Shown here piece after piece: positions 39,112-52,989 of a stretch of 64,000 nucleotides of DNA. The notes beneath the pieces are model-generated. The model was not told the origin of the DNA and made no database searches. It was given only the letters and a program-made list of their open reading frames with translations. Position numbers and translations under genes: made by a program. Numbering within the stretch: position 1 is the stretch's first letter; the number at the start of each line of letters is the position of its first letter. This DNA comes from Eledone cirrhosa (Eukaryota), in the NCBI GenBank assembly GCA_964016885.1, contig OZ024752.1, forward strand, positions 48,422,001 through 48,486,000. The letters are read 5' to 3'.

Positions 39112-39551
39112 AAGTTCTATTTAAATTGTTGGGATACAACAAGCAAATATTTTTATAACTGATATAAAGCACTCAACAAATAATTGGAGTAAAAATACGA
39201 TATTAACAAATGGAAACTATATTTATAAAACCATATTTATTTCATTATACATATTTCAAGGACACTAAGTTAAATTATGGTGTGCTTTCATCAGATAAAA
39301 TATAATATAGAGCAGTTTTATAAATAAATATTGACATACCCTTAAAGAATGCAACCATTACTCTCTATCCAGGAGCTTCCAACAGTAATGGTCGCATTCT
39401 TTAAGGGTATGTCAATTTTTATTTATAAAACTGCTCTATATTATATTTTATCTGATGAAAGCACACCATAATTTAACTTGGTGTCCTTGAAATATGTATA
39501 ATGAAGTAAATATGGTTTTATAAATATAGTTTCCATTTGTTAATATCGTAT
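39112..39551 (-). mobile_element. PLE-type inverted pseudo-LTR element (family H6)
   Basis: 168-bp near-perfect arms 39195-39362 and 39384-39551, 21-bp spacer, ~80-bp extension on the left; relatives at 42452 and 60823. Confidence 0.75.
39445..39507 (+). ncRNA. Minimal type I hammerhead ribozyme (mirror copy on minus strand at 39239-39301)
   Basis: ATTTTAT-CTGATGA-AAG-C-ACACCA-loop-TGGTGT-C-CTT-GAAA-TATGTA-TA^-ATGAAGT. Confidence 0.72.
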
Positions 39552-39600
39552 ATATATACATATATAGGTATGTATGTATGTAATATTATTATGATATAAA

Positions 39601-40030
39601 GAGCGGTGGATTGGCAGTAGCGGTAGAGGGTCGGATGCCATGCTTTGCAGCACAGAGTTGCGTCCCTTTACGTTCTGAGTTCAAATCCCGCCAAGGTTAA
39701 CTTTGCCTTTCATACTTACGGGGGGGTCGAAAAAATAAAGTACCAGTAATACACTGGGATAATTGCTGGCCTTGTGCCAAAAAGTAGAAACAATTATTGT
39801 CATCATCATAAAAATAAAGTACCAGTAATACACTGGGATAATTGCTGGCCTTGTGCCAAAAAGTAGAAACAATTGTTATGATATAAAACGTGGTGGATTG
39901 GCAGAATTGGTAGAGCATCGGACAACCTGCTTCGTGGCATGGAGAATCAACCCTTTACGTTCTGAGTTCAAGACCCGCTGAGGTTAGCTTTCGTCCTTAC
40001 AGGGTTGATAAAATAAAGTACCAGTAATGC
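39601..40030 (+). mobile_element. SINE family A cluster: full copy with duplicated tail (TSD TTATGATATAAA), then an older copy
   Basis: Family motifs; direct repeat at ~39589 and ~39876. Confidence 0.85.
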
Positions 40031-40089
40031 CTCTAAATGGGACAAACCCCTCTACCCCATGCTAGCAAGGAAGATTGACGTTATATATA

Positions 40090-40174
40090 TAACAAAGGAA
40101 TTGTGGTAAGGAACCAGATGGACCATAACGCACCAGAGTACTCAATACTTGGCGTAGTAGAGTGGGTAATAGGA
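40090..40174 (-). mobile_element. Family H5 3'-terminal fragment
   Basis: GTGGTAAGGAACCAGATGGACCATAACGCACCAGAGTACTCAATAC...GAGTGGGTAATAGGAA. Confidence 0.7.
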
Positions 40175-41400
40175 AAAGAGTCAGGACAGCTGTCCAAACG
40201 GACAAGCCAGAACCAGTTCCTGTCCCACCCTTGCAAGCAGGGAAACGCGGACGTAACATGATGACGATGATGATGATATACACACATACACCTACTTACA
40301 CACTCATCTCCCTACAAAGAATATATATATATCTCCATTGGGAAAAACAAACAACAACATCTAAGTAAATGAAAATATCTTTGACATTTAACTCATCTTT
40401 TATTTATATTTCACCATTCCTCTTATTCTCTTATTCCGTTCCTCTTATTCTCTTATTCTTTTGTTCTGTTATTCCACTTGGAACATCAGAATATTAGTTT
40501 CTGTTGCTCAGAGCAGTCAAGTGGTTTGATGACAGTGAAGAGGTGAGAGGAGTGAGGGATGGTGGGAGTAGTGAAGTGATGAGAGACTATATGATATGGA
40601 TATGAGGATATTTGTTAGCATTTGAAATAGAATCAAGTTTGATTGAAGCCCAAAACACCACAGCACTACCCTACCCTACCCTACACTGTTGCTGAGTCTA
40701 GACACTAGAACAATACCATAGAGGATAGATAGAAGAATTACATCACAAATTAAATTACATCTCACTCTCTCTCTCTCTCTCTCTCTCTCCTATGTTTGTT
40801 CTCATTGAGAACATTTCTGTCACTATTTCATCATCGTCATCACCATTTTACGCCCATTCTTCAACACTAGCATGGGTTAGACAAGTTGTCCTCGAGTGGG
40901 CAATGCCAGGTCAGGTGACCATGTCTTGGACTAGGACAGCTGATCCAAACCATGCTAGCATGGAAAAAGTATCACCATCATCATCATCATCATCATCACC
41001 GTTTTATGGCCATCCTTCAACACTAGCATGGGTTAGACGGGTTGTCCTGTTGTGGGCAATGCTAGGTCAGGTGGCCATGTCTGCCTCATACGGGAGCTGA
41101 TTCTGACTTGATTTCTACAGCTGGAGGCCCTTCCTAACACCAACTTCATTTACAGTGAGTGCTGGGTGCTTTTTTTTTTCCGTGGCGCCTCCACGTCCAT
41201 TTTACAGGGTGGGCTGGGTGCTTTATAAATCATAAACTGTACCACAATCGGAATCTTCTTTGCCTATATCTATATAAATGCAAAGTTTTCTCTCTTTCCT
41301 CCGTCTAAGAAGATTAAGTTGTACATCAATCTCATATTTCTGACAGCAATAACAGCAAAATATGGAATTAAATAAGAAATTGCACAAAATTATATTCACA

Positions 41401-41438
<38 letters not shown>

Positions 41439-41607
41439 ACATACACATACACACACACACATATATATATGCTTATATTGATAGTTTTATTTCCTATCCA
41501 GAAAATTTCCTATCAATGTCAATAAAAAAGAAATGTCCATAAGAAAACAGACATACTTAAAGATATTCCCAAAAGAGTAATTAAGATTAATAAACATATA
41601 TATATAT

Positions 41608-42007
41608 ATAATATATAAGATCAAAAGATGGTTAAATGAGTTCCATGTATTTTATTATGCGCATTTCAAAAACAAATATCATCATGCAATAACATTTGTG
41701 TTTTCATCAGATAAAATAGGAGGACATGATATGAAGGTTAAAAACACTTGAGGATAGTGCAGTTTTAAATCAACATATGATGTGTTTTTAACCTTCATAT
41801 CATGTCCTCCTATTTTATCTGATGAAAACACAAATGTTATTGCATGATGATATTTGTTTTTGAAATGCGCATAATAAAATACATGGAACTCATTTAACCA
41901 TCTTTTGATCTTATATATTATGTATACTCCAGTCCTACAAACTGTAGAGTGCTCCTTATCCGATATCTGCATTGCTTTATTGTACTACAATAAAACTCAC
42001 CTCCTAC
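41608..42007 (+). mobile_element. PLE-type inverted pseudo-LTR element (family H7)
   Basis: 140-bp arms 41608-41747 and 41782-41921, 34-bp spacer, 86-bp 3' extension ending CACCTCCTAC before (AT)n. Confidence 0.8.
41811..41881 (+). ncRNA. Minimal type I hammerhead ribozyme (mirror copy on minus strand at 41648-41718)
   Basis: TATTTTAT-CTGATGA-AAA-C-ACAAATGTTAT-TGCATG-ATGATATTTGT-T-TTT-GAAA-TGCGCA-TA^-ATAAAATA; perfect 8-bp stem I, palindrome ATGCGCAT. Confidence 0.82.
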
Positions 42008-42038
<31 letters not shown>

Positions 42039-42066
42039 TATATATACACACATATATATATATATA

Positions 42067-42428
42067 GGTGTCACGACAAAAAAACACACAGTCCACGCTG
42101 TAAATGTGGCCGTGTAGGCAACACGGTAAAAACCTCCCAGCCCCACACTGTAAATGTGGTTGGTGTTAGGAAGGGCATCCAGCTGTAGAAAACCCGCCAG
42201 ACAGTCCACGCTGTAATGTGGCCGTGTAGGCAACACGGTAAAAACCTCCCAGCCCCACACTGTAAATGTGGTTGGTGTTAGGAAGGGCATCCAACTGTAG
42301 AAAACCCGCCAGACAGTCCTATGCGAGCAAGACAACCACTCTTGCCTCAAGTGGGAAAACCCCCGTCCAAACCCATGCAAGCGTGGAACACGGACGCTAA
42401 ACCTGATGATGATGATGATGATGATGAT
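42067..42428 (+). mobile_element. Retroposon family C, 5'-truncated, with an internal ~113-bp tandem duplication
   Basis: ACAGTCCACGCTGTAA...CCCGCCAG at 42088 and 42201. Confidence 0.8.
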
Positions 42429-42451
42429 ATATATATATATATATATATATA

Positions 42452-42605
42452 TAAGCAAATATTTTTATAACTGATATAAAGCACTCGACAAATTTTTGGA
42501 GTAAAAATACGATATATTAACAAATGGAAACTATATTTATAAAACCATATTTATTTCATTATACATATTTCATGCTTTGTTTTTGCTTTGGTGTCCTTGA
42601 AATAT
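42452..42605 (-). mobile_element. Family H6 fragment with short inversion
   Basis: Matches 39142-39258, then TGGTGTCCTTGAAATAT in the opposite orientation. Confidence 0.7.
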
Positions 42606-42607
42606 AT

Positions 42608-42663
<56 letters not shown>

Positions 42664-43046
42664 ACAATACCCATCAAAGATAAGATAGTTTGTATTGTGA
42701 GAATTGGAGGAAATTGCAGGGTTCAATATATTTTTATTTATATGTATACAACTATTGTTGTATTCTTGTTGTGGAAATCTTCAAATAAGGATTCCAAATG
42801 AATGGAAATCGAGTGTAAGTCATTGTTTGGTTCCATAGGACAAAAGTTAAAGTATTTTCAAAAAGGGGTAAAAAATCAAAACAAAGAAAAGTACTCTTAT
42901 AGAATTTATTGATAGGATAGGATATTTGAAAGAGAAGATTCATACACATACACACTCACATATATATACTTACACACACATACATTTATATATATGTATA
43001 TAATATATATATATACATTTATATATATGCATATATACACACATAA

Positions 43047-43141
<95 letters not shown>

Positions 43142-44059
43142 TAAATATATATATATACATAAATATATATATATATACACGCACATACATATATATATAT
43201 ATACAAAGATAGGGGGGGGGGAGAAAGATGGAGGGAGAGAGGGCGGATGTTAGCTATAGCTCTAATCTTTGTTTATATAATGAGGTTTTACAGCTTCTTC
43301 TTTAAGTATATTAATATGTTTATTCATTCTTGTTTTCATTCATTTATTTATATATATAATCATTCATTTAAACAAAATATATATATATTTAAATTCATTC
43401 ATTTTTTTAATATATATACATATATAATATATATATATAAATAAATACATATTCATCCATACATTTATATATTTATTTTTTACAGAGCTGTCGAGATAGA
43501 TATGAATGTTTGGAGGCAAATACATTGATAATAAACTAAGAATAAGCTTTCTATTGAAATTAAATATAATGCCACCACCTTATCTAACTATATAAAGAAA
43601 CTGCAAGATTGATTACAATATTCAAACTTGTTGCAGGGAGTAAAGTTTTTATATTTCATTTTTATAGATATTTATTTTTGTAGCAGACAAAAAAATGTAT
43701 TTGTAAAATTTATATAATTATTCATACAGTTTTTTTTTTAATAATTTTGGGGCACTTCCTGGAAGAGGTGTGGGAAGGAAAGAACTTTTTTTTTTTTTTT
43801 TTCCTTTCTCTTTCCTAAGTATGTTTGAAGTTTTCTTTGATCTGCTAGGGTTTTATTCCGGAAAAATATGATACAACATACATGAGCGCACATGCATGCA
43901 GATACACACACACACATGCATGCATGCACATACACCTGTATATATATATATGTGTGTAATTACTATCATATATGCTACATATCATCTATGCCATGAGCAT
44001 TACATGTGATATATTTTATATAATCCATATAAGGATATATATATATATATATATATACA

Positions 44060-44091
<32 letters not shown>

Positions 44092-45134
44092 CATAAATAT
44101 AAATTGGTCTATGTGGTTACTGACATGTATAGGTACATATATATATATATATAAATACACTTTTACATGTTCTAGCCAACAGGCTGAGGCCATGCTGGGC
44201 CACTACCATTATATACATATTTTTTCTCTCCTTCTTATCCCCCATAAAAATCACATCATCTTAAATTCAATGAAAAATAAAATTACCGAACTGAAATGCA
44301 TGGTTTGAAAAAGTTGAAAAAGAAAAGAGACTTAAAAAAATATTTCTATAGCAACATTCGGTCCACTACCAACAACAACAACATAATTTTTTTTAAATAA
44401 GGAAAAAAGTGGTGTGGGTGCTTTTTTTTTCACCTAGCAAGTTCAATATATTTAATTTTTTTTCTTTTCAGAAAAAATTACATTCTCTTAAATTCACTGA
44501 AAAATATAAAATTAGCTAATTGAAATCTTAAACTGAGTAGCCTTTTGTTGATGAATATCTTTAAAAAAAAAACAACATATGCACAACAGTAACAACAACA
44601 ACAACAACAACAACACCAGTGTATTTAAAACAAATTTCATTATTTTACATATTTTATAACAGAAAAAAAAAACATACACACAACAGCAACAACATTTAAA
44701 AAAATATATATATACCGAAAACAATAACAACAAGAATACTAGTCTAAAACCAGTATCAACTGAGACACATAAAGACTACAATTAAAAGGTGAAGACTGGA
44801 GCAAGAGCAGGTTTTCATGGTGGAATGGAGTTAATTAGGAAATAGAAGTGGTCATCTATAAGATATTAAGTGCTAATGTACCTTATTAGTACATTGCTAA
44901 TTAGAGGTGTTTTCAAGCTACTTGTTGTCTCTTCTTATTGAGAAAGTCATAGTTGCAGTCGGAGTATTGGCAAAGGATAATATTCATAGTGGAACTTTCC
45001 CCACCATAAGTAGGGTACAACACAAAATCTGTGTAGAAGCAAATGTAATCACCAAATTGTAATTAGTGACCAATCAACTGAACAAAAAGGAATAACTAGA
45101 TGATCGTAGCACTGAATTAAGATTGGTGATAAAT

Positions 45135-45362
45135 TTATATTTATTTATTTATTTTATTTATTTATTTTATCTTATTTATTTATTTTATTTATCTTATTTA
45201 TTTATTTTATTTTATTTATTTATTTTATTTATTTATTTATTTATTTATTTATCTATCTATTTTATTTTTTTAATTTATTTATTTATTTATTTATTTATCT
45301 ATTTTATTTATTTTATTTATCTTATTTATTTATTTTATTTATCTTATTTATTTATTTTATAT
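45135..45362. repeat. (TTTA)n microsatellite
   Basis: Direct inspection. Confidence 0.9.
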
Positions 45363-45590
45363 ATTTGTAAAATTTTGTTGTTTATTTCTTTGTTTTTGTT
45401 TTTATCTCAGCCTCTTTCAATCCTCCCCCCCCCTGCCTCTCTTCCTCCTTTCTTTCTTTCTCCCCTCCATTTAATTTACAACAATTTTGCTCTTGAATGC
45501 GGTGTGGTGAGGTGTAGGGTGAGGTAAAGTTTATGATTTTCTTATTAACATATGGTTACTAAACATAGGAGGTTGTGAGTATGGAAGTAG

Positions 45591-46245
45591 CATCATCATC
45601 ACCATCGTCATCACCACCATCATTACCTTTACCACCACCACCACCACCACCATCATCATTACCATCACCACCACTACCACCATCATTATCATCATCATTA
45701 TCTTTACCACCACCACCATCATTATCATCATCATTATCGCCAGCATCATCATCATTATCTTTACCACCACCACCACCACTACCACCATCATTATCATCAT
45801 CACTACCTTTACCACCATCATCATCATTATCTTTACCATCACCATCATCATTATCTTTATCACCACCATCGCTACCATCAACATCATCCCCATCATCATT
45901 ATCTTCACCACCACCACCACCACTACCACCATCAATATCATCATCATCATCGCCACCATCATCATCGTTATCTTTACCATCACCATCATCATTATCTTTA
46001 TCACCACCATCGCTACCATCAACATCATCCCCATCATCATTATCTTCACCACCACCACCACTACCACCATCAATATCATCATCATCATCGCCACCATCAT
46101 CATCATCGTTATCTTTACCATCACCATCATCATTATCTTTATCACCACCATCGCTACCATCATCATCATCCCCCATCATCATTATCTTTACCACCACCAC
46201 CACCACCACCACCACCACCATCACTGTCATCACCTTCACCATCAT
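45591..46245. repeat. (ATC/ACC)n compound trinucleotide tract with 141-bp higher-order repeat
   Basis: GCTACCATC at 45871, 46012 and 46153. Confidence 0.9.
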
Positions 46246-46737
46246 TTTTACATCTACCCCCCCCCCCCCGTGCTTATACGACTTGAACTGGATGAGTCTT
46301 CTCCAGCACAGATTTCAGCAACCCGCTGTGTTCCTCTATCATCTCCTTTTACCGCTTCTCCCACTTTTCCCTGCTTGCAAGGGTGGGACGGGAACTTCTA
46401 CCCAAGACTTCTTTGGTTTTCCCTTTCTCCAGCTTCTCTTCTTCAACTTGAAACTCGGGGAAGGGCAAGAGAGATGGAGGAGATGATAGTAGGAGTTTGG
46501 CTCTCCTGTGGTGTTTGGTCCTGGTGTACAGCATCAGTTATCCAAATATTTTTAACTGATAATGGTGCCAGTCAGCTGTACATAGGTCATTGAATCCCTT
46601 CCCCATTCTGTCTGCCGGGGCTGTGTGTGTGTGGGTGGGGGGGGGGGGGGGGGGGGGAAGGGGCACCGGTGTGATTGACTGACTTGTCGTTTTATCAGTC
46701 TAATGTTCTAATGATTATATATATATATATATATATA

Positions 46738-47785
46738 TCATCATCATTTTACGTCCGCTTTTCCCTGCTTGCAAGGGTGGGACGGGAACTGATTCTGGCT
46801 TGATTTCTACAGCTGGATGCCCTTCCTAACACCAACCTCATTTACAGTGAGTGCTGGGTGCTTTTTTGCCATGGCACCTCCACGACCACTTTGCAGTGGA
46901 ATGATAGGGACCCCAGTCCCTATCATCTCATTTCTACAGCTGAGTAAACAGGAGCAATGTGAAATAAAGTGTCTTGCCCAAGGAAACAACACATCATCAT
47001 TTTATGTCCGTTTTTCCATGCTTGCTAGGGTGGGACGGGAACTGATTCTGGCTTGATTTCTACAGCTGGATGCCCTTCCTAACACCAACCTCATTTACAG
47101 TGAGTGCTGGGTGCTTTTTTGCCATGGCACCTCCACGACCACTTTGCAGTGGAATGATAGGGACCCCAGTCCCTATCATCTCATTTCTACAGCTGAGTAA
47201 ACAGGAGCAATGTGAAATAAAGTGTCTTGCCCAAGGAAACAACACATCATCATTTTATGTCCGTTTTTCCATGCTTGCTAGGGTGGGACGGGAACTGATT
47301 CTGGCTTGATTTCTACAGCTGGATGCCCTTCCTAACACCAACCTCATTTACAGTGAGTGCTGGGTGCTTTTTTGCCGTGGCACCTCCACGACCACTTTGC
47401 AGTGGAATGATAGGGACTGGGGTCCCTATCATCTCATTTCTACAGCTGAGTAAACAGGAGCAATGTGAAATAAAGTGTCTTGCCCAAGGAAACAACACAT
47501 CATCATTTTATGTCCGTTTTTCCATGCTTGCTAGGGTGGGACGGGAACTGATTCTGGCTTGATTTCTACAGCTGGATGCCCTTCCTAACACCAACCTCAT
47601 TTACAGTGAGTGCTGGGTGCTTTTTTTTGGTGTGGCACCTCCACGTCCACTTTACAGCTGAGTTAACAGGAGCAATGTGAAATAAAGTGTCTTGCTCAAG
47701 GAAACAACACATCACCCGGTCTGAGAATTGAACTCACAACCTTTCGATTGCAAGCCAATGCTCTAACCACTAAGCCATGAGCCAT
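46738..47785 (-). mobile_element. CORE-SINE family B with one tRNA head and a 253-bp tandem-amplified body (3 full units plus the head unit)
   Basis: Near-identical ORF-track peptides at 46817, 47070 and 47323; head only at ~47700-47785. Confidence 0.92.
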
Positions 47786-47861
47786 TATATATACATATAT
47801 ATATAATATATATATATATATGTATATATATACATATATATATAATATATATATATATATG

Positions 47862-47949
<88 letters not shown>

Positions 47950-47960
47950 CATATATATAC

Positions 47961-48023
<63 letters not shown>

Positions 48024-48173
48024 TATACATATACATATATATATATTAATGCGATGAAATACCAATGATCGTTGGCAAATCACTGATGAGGGACTCATTT
48101 TATAACATGTAATCCATGTGCAACCATGCAGTATTCTTCTCCCCATATTTTTCATATATATATATATATATAT

Positions 48174-48351
48174 ATAATATAAGATCAAAAGATGGTTAAA
48201 GGAGTTCCATGTATTTTATTATGCGCAATTCATGGAACTCCTTTAACCATCTTCTGATCTTATATTATGTATACTCCAGTCCTACAAACTGTAGAGTGCT
48301 TCTTATCCGATATCTGCATTGCTTTATTGTACTACAATAAAACTCACCTCC

Positions 48352-48354
<3 letters not shown>
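48174..48354 (+). mobile_element. Family H7 short copy with ~38-bp inverted arms; ribozyme truncated at GAAA
   Basis: Same ends as 41608-42007; flanked by TA tracts. Confidence 0.8.
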
Positions 48355-48448
<94 letters not shown>

Positions 48449-48624
48449 GTTCGTGTGTGTGTTATAATTGTAGTTAACTTGCTTTGTTAAGCATCAGCCA
48501 TAGCTTCAGGTATGTGTTGCAGTTAAAATTACAAACAGACTAAAAATGATTGGTGCCTGTCAGTTGCTTACCTTTTTGTATTAAGAGGTGCAAAAAAAAT
48601 TAATATTTTATAAATAGGGAGACA

Positions 48625-49015
48625 CAGCAATTACCCCAGTGCATTACTGGTACTTTATTTTATCGACCCCGTAAAGATGAAAGGCAAAGTTAACCTCGGC
48701 ATAATTTGAACTAAAATCGTAAAGAGCCATAACTCTATGTTGAAAAGCATGTAATAATAATTGTTTCTAATTTTGCCACAAGGCCAGCAATTACCCAGTG
48801 TATTACTGGTACTTTATTTTATCGACCCCGTAAGGATGAAAGGCAAAGTCAAAGCATGTAATAATAATGGTCAGCCATGTCCCTTTTACACGTCAGCATC
48901 CTCTCTGTCCCTTAGCTTCTTATTGTACATAATTGTCACTACTTCTCATCGTAAAGGGCCATAACTCTATGCTGCAAAGCATATCTGTCTGACACTCTAC
49001 CAATACTGCCAATCT
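48625..49015 (-). mobile_element. Fragmented and duplicated SINE family A pieces
   Basis: TTACTGGTACTTTATTTTATCGACCCCGTAA twice; head at ~48950-49015. Confidence 0.7.
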
Positions 49016-49319
49016 ACTGGTCAGCCAAATCCCGTGTACAGGTCACCATGCTCTCTGTCCCCTAGTCCCTAATAATACATAATAGTTGTTGTTTAGTAGT
49101 TAGCCCTAAAACCCCCCTTTTTTCTCCCCCGTAACTCCCTCTCCCCTCGGCATATCTGGTTTAATTTCAAACAAAGGACTGAAGTTAAAATCTGACATAA
49201 AAGGTGACTAAGTAAGGATGACATGACACTTGGATGACAGAGGGGCATTGAGGAAGGTATTATGTGATAACACGATATATTTACTACAAAGGTGGGCGGT
49301 CTCTGATGCTGAAATATGT

Positions 49320-49323
49320 GTGT

Positions 49324-49358
<35 letters not shown>

Positions 49359-50830
49359 TGGTGGTGGCGGTGGCGGTGGTGCTGGTGGTGTGGTGATGTG
49401 GTGGTGTGGTGATTGTGGTGGTGATAGTGGTGGTGGTGGTGATGGCGGTGGTGGTGGTGGTGGTGGTGGCGGTGGTGGTGGTGGTGGTGGTGATAGTGGT
49501 GGTGGTGGTGATGGCGGTGGTGGTGGTGGTGGTGGTGGCGGTGGTGGCGGTGGTGGTGGTAGTGGCGGTGGTGGTGGTGGTGGTGGTGGGGTGGTGGTGG
49601 TGGCGGTGGTGGTGGTAGTGGCGGTGGTGGTGGTGGCGGTGGTGGTGGTGGTGGCGGTGGTGGTGGTGGTGGTGGCGGTGGTGCTGGTGGTGTGGTGATG
49701 TGGTGGTGTGGTGGTTGTGGTGGTGGCGGTGGTGGTGGTGGTGGTGGTGGTGGCGGTGGTGGCGGTGGTAGTGGCGGTGGTGGTGGTGGTGGTGGTGGTG
49801 TGGTGGTGGTGGCGGTGGTGGTGGTAGTGGCGGTGGTGGTGGTGGTGGTGGTGGTGGTGGTGGTGGTGGTGGTGTGGTGATGTGGTGGTGTGCTGGTTGT
49901 GGTGGTGGCGGCGGCGGTGGTGGTGGTGGCGGTGGCGGTGGTGGCGGTGGTGGTGGTGGTGGTGGTGGCGGTGGTGCTGGTGGTGTGGTGATGTGGTGGT
50001 GGTGGTGGTGGTGGTGGCGGTGGTGGTGGTGGCGGTGGTGGTGGTGGTGGTGGTGGTGGTGGCGGTGGTGGTGGTGGTGTGGTGATGTGGTGGTGAGGTG
50101 GTTGTGGTGTGGTGGTGGTGGTGGTGGTGGTGGTGGCGGTGGTGGTGGTGGTGGTGGTGGTTGTGGTGGTGGTGGTGGTGGTCATGGTGGTGGTGGTGGT
50201 GGTGGTGGTGGTGGCGGTGGTGGTGGTAGTGGCGGTGGTGGTGGTGGTGGTGGTGGTGGTGGTGTGGTGGTGGTGGTGGTGGTGGCGGTGGTGGTGGTGG
50301 TGGCGGTGGTGGTGGTGGTGGTGGTGGCGGTGGTGGTGGTGGCGGCGGTGGTGGTGGTGGTGGTTGTGGTGTGGTGGTGGTGGTGTGGTGGGTGGTGGTG
50401 GTGGTGGTGGTGGTGGTTGTGGTGGTGGTGGCGGTGGTGGTGGCGGTGGTGGTGGCGACGGTGGTGGTGGTGGTGGTGGTGGTGGAGGGAGGAGGTGGGA
50501 CGAGGATAAGGTATTGGTAGGTGACTTTGGTGTAGAAGTAGTAACGGTAATGGTGGTGGTGGTGGTGATGGTGGTGATGGTGGTGCTGGTGATGGTGGTC
50601 GTGGTGGTGGTGGTGATGGTGGTGGTGGTGGTGGTGGTGATGATGGTGGTCGTGGTGGTGGTGGTGATGGTGGTGGTGGTGGTGGTGGTGATGGTGGTGG
50701 TGATGGTGGTGGTGGTGATGGTGGTGGTATGGTGTGGTGGTGGTGGCGGTGGTGGTGATGGTAGTGGTGGTGGTGGTGGTGGTGGTGTGGTGTGGTGATA
50801 GTGGTGGTGGTGGTGATGGTGGTGGTGGTG
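49320..50830. repeat. (GGT/GGC)n tract, ~1.5 kb
   Basis: Direct inspection. Confidence 0.95.
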
Positions 50831-50987
50831 GATATGGTGATGGGTAATATCATCATCATCATCATCATTGTAATATATTGTTAGTAATACTTTATTCCAG
50901 GTTATAACTGAACTTAGCCAATCAGATTGTATTAAGTAAACAAACTAAACTATGGATATAAAAGGTTCAAGGTGGATAGTGTTTATA

Positions 50988-51049
<62 letters not shown>

Positions 51050-51077
51050 AACATATATATGTAGGCATATAAATACG

Positions 51078-51174
<97 letters not shown>

Positions 51175-52090
51175 ATATATATGTATATATATGGAGAAAG
51201 AGAGGAGTATGTATATGTAGATATTATAAACGCTATATATATACATATATATACATATATATACACATATATATATACATATATACACATAATATAATAT
51301 ATAATATATATACACACATATTATATACACATATATATACAGTTATATACATATATATAACACATATATATATACACATATATACATATATATACACACA
51401 TATTATATATACATATATATATACACATATATACACACATATATATACACATATATATATACATATATATATACACATATATACACACATATATATATAA
51501 ATATATATACACACATATTATATACTACATATATATACATATATATACACATATATATACATATATATACACATATATATATAAATATATATACACACAT
51601 ATTATATACACATATATATACATATATATATACTTATATATACATATATATACACATGTTCTTCTCTGTTGTCTCCCTGAATACTTTGCTACTTCCGTGA
51701 ACAGTCTGACTAATGTCAAATGATATCCCAGAAAAAGAGACAAAATCACATACACTCACATACATACACATATACGTACACTCACATATACACATACTTG
51801 CACATACACACACAAACACATACATACACACACCAAGCACATATACACAAACACAAATGCCGCAAACACCCACACCCACACAAATATATATATATATATA
51901 TACATACACATGCACACATACACACATATATATACATACACATGCACACATACACCATACATATATATATATTTATTTATAATATATATACACACACACA
52001 TACACACAAATATATATATTTATAATATATATATACACACACATATATATATAATATATACACACACACACACACACATATATATAATAT

Positions 52091-52121
<31 letters not shown>

Positions 52122-52186
52122 ATATACACACACATACACATACACACATATATATATATATATAATATATATACACACACACATAG

Positions 52187-52221
<35 letters not shown>

Positions 52222-52285
52222 CACACACATACACACACATATATATATATATAATATATATACACACACACATACACACACATAT

Positions 52286-52316
<31 letters not shown>

Positions 52317-52754
52317 CATATAAATATATAATACACACACACATATATATATACACACACACATACACACACATATATATATAAATATATATACACACAC
52401 ACACATATATATATATACACACACACACATATATATATATAATATATATATACACACATATATATATTGAAAAGGAGAGGAAGAAGTTAGAATGACTTTT
52501 ATCCTTATTTCTAATCCTTCCATGTTCATTCTCTCTTTACCAAACTCTTCCCCCCCCCCTTACTCCCTCCTCCTCTCTCTGTCTTTCTCCTTTCTTTCCC
52601 TTATACTTCCTCTATCCCCCCCCACCACCAACACCCCCAGTTTCCACTCTGTAATCTGTCCCAAAGTAGTGTTCCAGTGTCATTTGATGGTCTTTTACTT
52701 ACTACCAGCATCAGTCTGACTAATGATGGTATTATGTACAACAGAACTGGAGTA

Positions 52755-52855
52755 GAGAGGGGGAGGGGGAGGCGGGGGAGACAGAGAGAGTGAGAGAGAG
52801 AAATATATAGAGAGGGAGGGAGAGACAGACAGACAGAGAGAGAGAGAGAGAAAGG

Positions 52856-52910
<55 letters not shown>

Positions 52911-52988
52911 GGAGAGAAAGAGAGAGAGAGAAAGAGAGAGAGAAAGAGAGACAGAGAGCGAGAAAGAGAAAGAGAGAGAGAGAGAAAC
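52755..52988. repeat. (AG)n purine tract
   Basis: Direct inspection. Confidence 0.9.
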
Positions 52989-52989
52989 A

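Noticed and set aside
48046-48153. CTGATGAGG in a TA-flanked island
   Set aside because: No downstream GAAA or closing stems; may be a remnant but cannot be supported
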